From the NCBI GenBank assembly GCA_013239625.1, contig MU054187.1, positions 3,049,757 to 3,113,756 on the forward strand: DNA of 64,000 nucleotides. The letters are read 5' to 3'. Source of the DNA: Lama guanicoe (Eukaryota). Under the pieces are notes generated by a model. It saw nothing but the letters and a program-made list of their open reading frames with translations. It did not search any database and had not been told where the DNA came from. Position numbers and translations under genes: made by a program. Below, piece after piece: positions 53,519 through 64,000 of the stretch. Numbering within the stretch: position 1 is the stretch's first letter; each line of letters begins with the position of its first letter.

Positions 53519-56107
53519 TGGCGTCTTTGCTCTAGCTAGGTTCCTGGGAGCTCTTGAGGGGTGGGAGCAAGCAAGGACTGACGAGCCCCTACAGAGGGAA
53601 GCCTGATGCGCAGCTGGGCTGGCACGCGGGCAGGCACGGGGTTGCAGAGGGGCCGTGGGGCGGCGCTGGGAGCATCAGGGAGGGAGCCACCGCAAGGGGC
53701 GGGGCGCTCGGAGCGGCGGTGCTGCCCCCACCCCACCGCGGAGGCCCCCCTTGTCCCTCCCCTCCATCCTTCCGCTGCTGTCCTCTTCCCACGACAAAGG
53801 GGTGCCACGGAGCTGGAGCAATCCTATCAAAGGAGACTGTACCCAGGTCTTGGGATGCAGGGTCTGATCGGGTTGGGCAGGGGTGTCACTGCCCTCTCGT
53901 TTCCCCCGTCTGCCCCCCACCGCCGCCTGAGACGGGTACCTTCATCATTTATGCTCCCCAGTCTCTTTCTGGCTCCAACCACTCTGTGGTGGTTAATCTC
54001 ACAGATGCATTTCACCCCCTCCCCGGACCCATCCTGCAGGCACAGGTGCATTTTTCTCCGTTCACAGAATTGTGAGGACAGCACCCACAGGTCAGTCCCT
54101 CCGTGCGCTGACCTCCGCTCCGCCTCAGGCTTGCTTTCCTGACCAGGCCTTCCTGTGAGCCCCCTGGTCACATCCTAGGGTCTAGCACCTGAGGTCCCCT
54201 ACGGGACATCCCTTCCCCAGAAACGTGCTGCTGGGGTTCCCTCCTGTGGTGACTGCTGGCCTGCAGGAACTGGGGTGCCCAGGCTGGAAAGCGCAGAGCC
54301 CAAGGAGCTCCAGGGAAAGACAGGAGAACGTGTGTGATTTCCTTAGAAGCCACGGGGTAGGAGGACCCCTGCGCCCCCCAGGGCTCGGGCTCCCCAGGTC
54401 TCCTGCTGGTGTCTGGGGCTCTGAATATGAGACAGTTTAGGGACAGACACTGCTTCTGTCCATCCGGCCAGCCGCTCCCCGAGCTCAGACACCAGCAGCT
54501 GAGACCTGAATCCTCCACCGGCTCCTTTCTGGCCTGTGCCTGCTTCCCATGGGGCCCTGCCCTCGCCGGCCCTGCGTTTAGCCCAGGCCACAGGGCTCCC
54601 TGGCCAGGTACCTCTTCCAGCTGCCTTTCAGCCTGTGCCCTGGACACCTTGCAGCGCTCAGCTGTGTTCAGGATCTGTAGAGTAACTAAATGCCAGATCA
54701 GATTTCCCAATGTCCCAGAGAAAGAGTGTTTCCTTAATCCAGGTTGAGTGGTCTCGCTGTTCTGCACGCTGACGGTGCCCGCAGCAGCCACTGAAATGAC
54801 CGGTCTTCCACCCTGCACAAGCTGTCGAGTATTTTTAGTCAGCTCCCGGTAACCCCGGATGACCACGAGGTGCCTGGGCACTCTCTCTGGATGCTTCAGG
54901 GAAAGCCTTCCTCCTTGAGGAAGGACTGGGGAGCCACGTAGTGTCTCAGGGCTGACCCACTTAGAGGACTTCGCAAGCCAGGCGAGCAGGCATCCCGTCT
55001 CCCGGGTGAGGATTCAGATTTAGGGGGCCTCAGATCCCGTACATCACAGTTGTTGTCAGCCATTCTCCCCGCCCTAAGGTACCAGCCTGCTGTAGAGAGG
55101 TTGTCAGCACACGTCAAGGCAGCAGTCTCTATAAATATGGCACAAACATACCTCTGGAGAAACAGGATGGCTTTCTATAGGGTACGTGGGCTCAGAGAGC
55201 TTTCAGGTCATCTACGTCTCTGTGCGCTGTGCCCAAATTAATCACACAGCTGTCCCTTTCTCCCATCCCTCTCACAGTCAGTCTTTTCCAACTTTATGAA
55301 AGACAGACATACCCACTTGAAACCCTAATATAATTCACAGCCGTGGAGCCCTGACACCTCCCAGGTGTCAAAGTAATACTTCCAACACTGTTGTTGAAAG
55401 AAGTCAGTGATACTGAAGAATAGGGAACAGTTACGGCTAACAAACCCTTTTACAAGCTATCTGGCCACCAGTGCTTTATTGTCAGGTGATGGATGATTAC
55501 AAATTATATTTCATGACTGATGACTGTGTGATTTGGGACATATGACTTGGAAAGAATACAATGAGTTGGGTAGATCACTGCAAGGAAGTTCCTTCCATTC
55601 CCATCCTATTTCTGTGAATGTTTTTAGTACTTGATTCTAAAACGAGGGAAAAAAGGGACAGAGTTGATTCTGACTCTTGTCCATTCCAGCGATAAATAAT
55701 TTTCAAACTCAGGTACACGAGCTAATTGAAACACAGCGTTATCGATCTAATACTAGAGGCATTTATCATCAAATTTGTCTCAATGTTAATAATTATCAAA
55801 ACTATAGTAGATTTATGTTTTTGATCAGTTGTACACTAATAATGTAATGAAAACAAAAAAGATGCTTTTTAACACTTTAAGGATCTACAGTCACATCCTT
55901 TTTTTCATTTTCTTTTATATATATAATTTTTGTGTTAGAAAAGTCTAACGCACGATCAATTAAATTTTCAAAATAAAAATACACTAAATTATATTAGCCT
56001 AAAGTTTAATAAGGGAATTGAAATGGAAATTAAAAATTCATGGAGAAAAAAGAATTATAGAAAAAGTCTAGTTGTTTATGTAAAAAATATGTAAATATAA
56101 TGTTTAC

Positions 56108-57675
56108 ATTTTTATTGAGATACAATTGACATGTTGGTTTTAGGTGTACAACATAATGAGTTGAACTTGTGTATATTGTGAAAGGAGAATCACAAAGAGT
56201 TACAAATTTTGTTCTTCTTGTGATGAGGACTTTCCAGATTTACTGTCTCAGCAACTTTCAAATATACAACACAGTATTACTAACGACAGTCACCACTCTG
56301 TAACTACATGCCAGTACTTACTTACTTTGTAACTGGAAGTCTGTACTTTTTGACCTTCTTCACCTATTTCCACCCACTCCTGCCTCTGGCAACCACCGCT
56401 CTGTCCTTTATATCTATGAGTTTTTTTGTTTTTTGTTTCTGTTTTTAAATTCCACTTATAAGAGAGATGATATAATATTTGTCCTTCTCTGTCTGACTTT
56501 ATTTACTTGGCATAATACCCTCAAGTTCCATCCATGTTTATGCAAATGGCAAGATTTCCTTCTTTTTTATGGCTGAATAATATTTCGTGTGTATATACAT
56601 ACCATATTTTCTTTATCCATCCATTTGCTGATAGATACAAGTTGCTTCCATGTCTTGGCTGTTATAAATAATGCTACAGTGAACATGGGGGTGCAGATAA
56701 AATTTTGAGTTAGTGTTTAACTTTTCTACAGATAAATAAACATCCATAAGTGGAATTGCTGGATCACATGTCAGTTCTATTTTCAATTTTTTCAAGGAAC
56801 CACCATACTGTTTTGTTTAGTGGATGCACCAGTTTAAATTCCCACCAACATTGCACAAATTTCCCCTTTCCTCCACATCCTCACCAGCACTTGTTAGTTC
56901 TTGTCTTTGTGATAAAGGCCATTCTAACAGGTGTGAGGTGATGTCTCATTGTGGTTTTGATTTGCATTTTCCTGAGGAGTGGTGATTTTGAGCGTCTTTT
57001 CATGTGCTTTTGGCCATCTTTATGTCTTCTTTCAAAAAATGTTCAGTTCTTCTGCCCATTTTTAATCAGATTATTTGTTTTTATGCTTTTGAGTTGTATG
57101 AGTTCTTTATGCATTTTGGATATTAACCCCTAACAAGACATATTATTTGCAAAATATTTTCTCCTGTGGTAGGGTTCCTTTTCATTTTGTTGATGGTTTC
57201 CTTTGCTGTGCAGAAGCTTTTTAGTTTGATGTTGTCTTGTTTGTTTATTTTTGCTTTTGTTGCCTTTTGGTGTCAAGTCCAAAAAATCATTGCTTGGATA
57301 AATGTCAATGGACTTACTGCCTATGTTTTCTTCTTGGAGTTTTATGGCTTCAGGTCTTTGTGTATGGCATAAGATAGGGGTCCAGTTTCATTCTTCTGCA
57401 CATGTCTGCCCAGTTTTCCCAACACCATTTACTGAAGAGACGGTCCTTTCCCCACTGTATATTTTTGGCTCCTTTGTCATACATGAGCTGACACATTTTC
57501 TTGCCGGGCTGTCTATTCTGTTCTGTTGATCTGTGTGTCAGTTTTTATGTCAGCACCAATGTTTTCATCCCTACCACTCTGTAATGTAGTTTGAAATCAG
57601 GGATCATGGTGCCTCTGGCTTTGCTCTTCTTTCTCAAGACCGCTTTGGCTACTTGGCAGGGTCTTTTGTGGTTCC
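56108..57675 (-). mobile_element. L1MA-like element (3' UTR and ORF2 3' part), degenerate
   Basis: ttttattgagatacaattgac...; ORF 56613-56795 [15 protein letters not shown]; ccattctaacaggtgtgaggtgatgtctcattgtggttttgatttgcatt. Confidence 0.9.
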
Positions 57676-60600
57676 GTATTTTCCATATATTTTTTAAACG
57701 GACAGTTTTGGCTATCAAATTGCTCAGCTACTTAGATTCCATCACAAAGTTTTTAAAGGATGACATAACAGTTGAAACTGAAAATGGCATCAACTTTACA
57801 TCTTTTTATGATTTTTAAGGCTTACAATAGAAAATTTTATACTTCTCCTTTTAAATGCCAGAGAAGGTGACTCGTCTTCAAAGTTCTTTTGAGTACACAA
57901 AGAAATACTGGGAGACTACTGTTTTAAGATCCTGCTCATGGTCTCTAAATGAGCCTGCCTACCAAAACCACTTCCGAGTCTGCTTACATTCTACCAGTAC
58001 TGAAGCTCCAACCCCTAACCTGCCAGAGTAGAATCTCAGGCCGTGTGGCTCTGGAATCTATGGTCTTGTAAATCTCTCCAGGTGTGTCAGCTGAGCCTCC
58101 GGTCCACTGCTTGATGGTCCCAAGGGACGCAGCCCAAGCTTGTCCAGACCCTGTTGGAGAGCTTCTCTTTTCTGTTTCTTGGAGCTGAGGGTGAGGTCCT
58201 CATGCTGCCAGCGGAGCTGCCAGGGAAGCAGCAGGTGAGGCAGGGGGGCAGCCACTGGTCCTGGAGAGCACTGCGCTTGCACTGGGCCCCACCACGTGCT
58301 GACGGTGCAGCCTGAGGCAAAGCATTCCGCCTCTCTGTGCCCCAAAAGGCCTTATGAGGCTCTTCAGTGCCTGGTGCATGGTAATCTCTTAATAAGAAGC
58401 AGTTTCTCCCTTCTCCTTTGTAGTGAGTATATTAACCCCCACATGCACATGTGGTTGTGCTTTCATGAAGGATTCTAAATTTGTGTTTCCAAAGCCTATA
58501 ACTGAGCATCTTAAAAATGCTGCATTATTTTCTTACAACCTTAAAAATCTCACCAGATTATGGGTTTGCAAGAGCGAACGTAATGTGGGGATAAAGACAT
58601 AATTTACATAAGTAATTTACCTGCTGGAAAATAATTAGGGAACAATTGAATGTGTTGAATAAAAGACAGACTCAGGAAAAAAACCCATTAATATCTAGAT
58701 TTCTATTAAAAGAACGAGAATGGATTGGAAAGAGGGAGAAGGTGTTAGAATCTTCAAGACAGGATAGGAAGGCAGGAAGGAGGGGTGGCCGGCTCCTTCC
58801 CTGTGTGTTTCGAGCGTGTGCCCAGTAGGTGTGGTTTCACGCTGGACGAGATGCTGGCAGAGCCTCTCTGGCGCAGGGTCTGTAGAAGGCTTCCGTGCTG
58901 CTTCGTCTACATCCATTCCTGGTACAACTGATGGATGCAAGGAAAGTAACTAGAAACACAACCCTGACTAGAGGGAAGATATATGGAGGGAAAAGCCATC
59001 TGTCTTCTCTTTTTATAATCGGTCACTTATGGATCTCAGTAGGGAGAACCCTAGACTCATAGCAGACATTGCTTTTGAGGTGCTGTGCAAATACCACTGG
59101 CGTTTTAGGGCGGTAAAGTTTAAGATTGCCACAATTCTTGAGGATTCAGTTCGATCATTGTTTCAGCCATTTTCATATATTTATAATCTGAATTTCTTAT
59201 GCTCTTGACTTTTTTAAAGGGGTGTATCCATACACCTTCATAGTAGGTAATACGCTGCTAGTGTATCAATAACATTTAGTGAGAAGTATCTTTAGGCACA
59301 GCAACCATCAATGAGCTTCTTGCAAAAATTGGGTTTTTGTTAGTTTATGGACAAAAGGTGTTCACTTTGTGACAATTTTAGTGTAATCAAGTGAACAGAG
59401 ACAATAAGCTCCTTATGAGCTGTGTATTTTAAATTTTTAAATGGAATCTGCCCAACATGGAACAGGGGCTCCAGCCAAATTTTTTACTCATGAAGTTTTA
59501 TGACTAAGATCCCAGATTAAAACTACAGGAAGAAATTTCCGCTAAAGCTCTGCCTAATTTTATGGTGGCCCTAAGAATCCTGAGACTGTCAGAGAAAGTA
59601 AATGCCTGAAATGCCCAACCTAAGAGAGTCTACACTGGCCGAATATAGCGTTTCCCTGGGTCAGAGGTCTTGCCTAATTGACTGTATCAGGATTTGGTTT
59701 CCTTGGTGTGTCTGCATGAAGAACCAGCCCATCTCCGTCATGACTGCCGCTGGTGCCGAAGCAGCAACTAAGACATGACGAGTAAAAATTCTCTGCCCAG
59801 ACGTACTCCCAGGACGGGGTCTCCTCTGCGCTGCCCTGAGAGCACTTCTATCAGAATGATGACTGATCATGGCAGTGATGTCAGCTCTTGTCCCCTCTGC
59901 CTCGGTAGCTTATAGTTTGATGTCACCTCCAAACACAGCTTCCTGAACTTCAGTGACCTTTTTTACGGGGTACAGAATAGATGATCAAAAATCAATAAAA
60001 ATGAAACTGATAATAAAGATTAAATTATTGAGGCTTTAAATCAAGATATAATCAATAATATATTTTACTATAACATTATATATAAATATATGACATATAA
60101 GTATACATATTCATGGAGATACAACCCAGTAGGTGCCTTCATGTAAATGAAGGAGTGGATTCCACTTTTGAGTACATTTGTCATCAATTAGAAAATTATG
60201 GTAAAACATTGATTTTGTTTGAAAAATATGCTAATATCTGTCATAATAAATAAATAATCATTACAATTTGAACAGAACTTTAATAGCTGTACCAAATCCA
60301 ACTCTTAAATGTAGGTGGCGGCCCAGAGTCCTTTTTGAACATTTGGACAGATGCAGCAAATATACCACAACTCTCTCTGTTTTATGATGAGAGTTACTAT
60401 GTATTCTGATGTCTTCAAAAAATATAATTTGACCTTAAATTTAGCAAATTGATAATACAGCCATTGAATCAGCTTCCTGCGGTTGGAAAGGGTACGTAAA
60501 GCAATTACAAAAGCAAATAAAGTATTCAGCTCACATTTAAAGAAGCTATTAAGAACCCATCTCAGTCTCAGGCAACAAGATTAAGGCCATAAACACATCT

Positions 60601-63600
60601 GTAGTAGTCCTTCGTACATAGTGATGTACATTATAAAATGGCCCATTACTGCGCTAGAGATAATAGCGCAATGACAGAAGGTCAAAGGCACTTCCCAGAG
60701 CCACAGTGGACTGGATCAGACTTTGATTTTTTAAAAAAACAATAATAATAAGGTAAGAGAAGAGAGGTTAAAATCAGCAATCCAGCTGCTCATAGATTGC
60801 AAAACTGCACAGTTCCCCTTGTTACACGCAGGGACAGGCGATGGCACGTCTGAAGTGCTCCGCACGGCATCTGCCGTGTGGTGGGCACTAAGCGATGGGC
60901 CGTCGCCGTCAGTTCATCATTCTTTCTTTTTATTTAGAATACTCGTTAATGGTAACTTACATCTCTTAGGTGCCGTACAATTTCCATAATTCCCTTGTGT
61001 ATAATTACTTTGTTTCATCTTCACAAACTCCTCTATAAACTGTGTCCCCATTGTGCAGGTGAGGGAACAGAAGCTCCGGGACATGGATCACCTGCACGTA
61101 GTCGGAGAGTTAGGACGTTGCAGGACCAGCGCACAAGGTCCCTGGACTTGATCCGGGGCCTCTCGGGGAGGCCGGCCCTCCTCACGGCAGCTACGTACTA
61201 GCAACACTGGAGAAAGCAGACAGACACACAAAAGCTCCTCTAGTTGCATCAGCGGCCCATTTGCTGTTGGACTAGATACAAAATAGCTGCTTGATACTGA
61301 CCGCGGACGTTCATCGCGGCTCCTCTGTGTCGAGCGCTGCGCCCGGCGCCTTATCTGCGCTGTCCTGCGGCCTCGCCTCATCCTTCTGAGGTTGGTGCCG
61401 CCGTTTCCTCCGCCCCTTAGATGCGGACACAGGGTAAGCTGCTTGTCTGCGGTCACGCGGCTGGCAAGTTTAGAACCAGGTACTGACCGATTCCGGAACC
61501 CTCAGCTCCCAGCCCCTCCTCGTCACTGCATCACTCACGTAGTTACACGGTAGCAGGTGGGTACGTCTGTGCTCCGTCCCCCAGCAAGAGGTGGTGAGGA
61601 CAAAGGCAGCTAGAAAAACTGCTACAAGTGCAGTGAAATATGCGGAACCTTTGGTAAGTGTTTTAGGCAATCTTAAGCTTACATTTGATCTATTTTCTGG
61701 GGAAGTTAAATGTAAAAATGATTCCAGTAAATGATTTTGGAAATACAAGTGATTTTTTTTCCCCAGACATTTTAGGAGTGGGTTAAAAATAAAAACATTT
61801 TATTCATCCAACACATCAGGTTATTCTCTAATAATCAGGTTTGCAATGTTCTGTTGACACAGCTGTGTGAGTTAGCATCATTTTTACTACTGGAAAAAAG
61901 AAAGCCTTGTTTATGAAAGTTATAACGGAGAGAAGCTGTTTGTACCTTGGTTGGGTCTACACCGGAGTCTACACCTCCTTGACTTCTGGGGCATCTTTCA
62001 GCAGAAACAAGTGTTTGTAATGTTTTAATGACAGTTAAACAGGTTAAACATAAGGTAACAAACTAAGACAAACTAAGTATTGTAAACAGTTGCTCTAAGC
62101 TGTACCAGTATTGAACCCTAGTTAACAGTAAACCAGCTGAATGTAACTAAAACACCCTTCTAGTTTACCTTAACTAGCACTGAGGCACTGCTACTGACCC
62201 GAGTGAATGTTCCCTCTCAGAAGATCATCGTAGATTCTCTTCAGAGAGTTTGTTGTTTCTGTCATTTGCGTTTTTTTTTAAAGGGTAGATATTGGCCCCG
62301 ACACAGATAATGACACAAATGAGAATCTAAAAGCGTATCACATGAATGAGGTTGACGGTCTATCTCCTACCTGAGAGTCAGGGAGAAATCAAGACCAGTG
62401 CTTTCCCTGTCTCCTCCGTGTCCATCCGCAGCCCCTAGGCCAGCGCCGGCGGATCAGAGGCGCTCACACACATTGTGGCTGCGGCTGAGCTGAGAAGACG
62501 GCGCCCCGGAACACGGTCACATCCCTGGGATGTTTCTGTGCTAACAGTCGGTGTGGTGACAGGGCTCATGCTGGAGTAACGCAAACTCAGTTTACCCCGG
62601 ACAGTAAGGAGAGAGCTATGTTACGGCTATACATCTCTGTCCTTTCTGGACTCTAGGGTAATTTAAAATATGTCCTTTTCCTCATAACATTTCTGGGAAA
62701 GTTGAGGCGTGGAGGATTTTTACAACTCACCAGCTGCTTTGCAGCGGGCAGCCCCCTCCTCCCTCCAGTTTCACCCCTCCCTCTGCCTGTAGGAGAGCTT
62801 GCCAGAGAGACAGACAGGCAGGCAGACATGGGGGAGCTTGGTAATCATGAGAGAGAAGGAAAGAGCCTTTAGATCTGATTCTGGAATTTTCCAGTGTTCT
62901 GTGAAGTGAGGGGTGACTGCATGGCCCAGTGGCCCAGTGGAAAGCCAACATTCCGGCGGCTCTGGAGAGGCCCTGAAATCGGCCGTTGGGCTTGTCCGGC
63001 CTCTTGCTGCTTCCACAGTCAGACATTTATAGGAAGAGACTGTTTCTAATCAATACCTTAGTGTCCAAATAGGGCCTCTCTCTACGTTGTTTGGGAAATG
63101 TGTTATCAAATCAGACAGCCTCTTAATATTACAAAGGAGCACCATTCTTCTAGACATAATTTCTTTATTTACAAAATGGCAGCTTCGACATTAGTTTTGC
63201 TTCTTGTTACCTGCTTTAAGGCATGGTCCTGCTCAAGAATGCTCTCATTTAGGCAAACAGTGTGAAGAGGGAGACACGGCGCCAGCAGCCATTCAGATTC
63301 TAATAAGGACGTAACCCTAACAAGGGAATTGACTCCGAATTTGAAGGGTACTCGATAGCTTGGACTTGCCTCTTAAAAGTTAGCAAATCTGTAATCAGCC
63401 AGGGGCATAAGGGACACAAAGTTTGATATTCATTAAACCAACTGGCTCCAGGGCTTGGCGTGAAATGATTTATAGAACCTGAGTGGCATGGCTACCGCGG
63501 AGGAGGGAGAGTTGCCTTAGGAGGTTTATAGGAAAGGGCTACGTGGTGCACTTTCTAGACGGGAGGACCCTCGCCAAGGGGCCCGTTCCCAGACTGTGAC

Positions 63601-63719
63601 TTCACCCTCGGTGCCGTCCGGATGATTCCGTAGCAACAATGAGCATTTCAAGATTCACCAGTGACGCGGTCTTTTTGTTTCTCAAGTACGTTACGTTCAT
63701 GGCTCGGCATTTTACTTAC

Positions 63720-63769
63720 CAGGAAGGCTCTTTAAGCAGCATTTCCAATGTTTTGACATCATAGCCCAC
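63720..63769 (-). CDS. Possible upstream exon; frame and 5' boundary uncertain
   Basis: Strong donor CTG|gtaagt; weak acceptor ggtcatttccag; open as VGYDVKTLEMLLKEPS or WAMMSKHWKCCLKSLP. Confidence 0.22.
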
Positions 63770-63837
63770 CTGGAAATGACCAGCATTATGGCTGGGGGCC
63801 AGGAGCCTGGGCTCTCTTGCAGCTCCAAAGCCTCATC

Positions 63838-64000
63838 TGTTACAAAGTCCAAGTTCTTACTGCTCACTGCATGACAGGCCAAGAAATGGAGAGATGAACT
63901 GTTAGGGAAAGGAGTAGTGATTTTATTTGGAAAGCCAGTGAATGAGAAGATGGTGGCTAGTGTCTCAAGAGAACCATCTTCCCTGACTTAGAATTCAAGC
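63838..64000 (-). mobile_element. 3' end of an ERV-type LTR (runs off the window)
   Basis: Starts tgttacaaagtccaagttcttactgctcactgcatgacaggccaa; minus-strand AATAAA at 63922-63927; resembles cetartiodactyl ERV LTRs recalled from memory. Confidence 0.7.

Noticed and set aside
53536..54881. Cluster of long overlapping ORFs on both strands
   Set aside because: Expected from GC-rich, stop-poor sequence; no splice structure or protein family recognised.
59807..59835. 29 nt minus-strand micro-exon (AAQRRPRPG) that would bridge 63720 to 50516
   Set aside because: Phases fit, but the acceptor has competing upstream AGs and the donor (gtacgt) is weak; not supportable.
1..64000. CRISPR arrays, tRNA/rRNA genes, operons, processed pseudogenes
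   Set aside because: None seen by eye; the sequence is mammalian non-coding DNA and repeats. Small ncRNAs could be missed without a covariance-model search.

Overview
Mammalian (eutherian) genomic DNA, mostly intronic or intergenic. A camelid-like cetartiodactyl origin is inferred from the recalled style of the young L1 3' UTRs and from my seeing no Alu, B1/B2, Bov-A/BovB or PRE-1 SINEs; this is not verified. Nearly all ORFs in the supplied track are spurious; the recognisable ones are decayed L1 ORF2 fragments. Main content: (1) many L1 fragments of different ages, plus MIR, L2, MaLR and ERV LTRs and small DNA transposons (MADE2, Tigger2-like, MER3-like, MER5-like); (2) a near-identical ~2.5 kb tandem duplication (16996-19478 / 19480-21778) whose second copy lacks 184 bp, possibly two haplotypes assembled in tandem; (3) a chain of short, phase-compatible minus-strand exons (50469-50516, 48130-48167, terminal 39045-39146, possibly 63720-63769) that looks like the 3' end of a protein-coding gene I cannot name; (4) several small CpG-rich islands and homeobox-motif-rich non-coding blocks; (5) one 38-N assembly gap. 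I found no prokaryotic-type systems, RNA genes or CRISPR arrays. Repeat family names come from recalled consensus sequences and boundaries are approximate.
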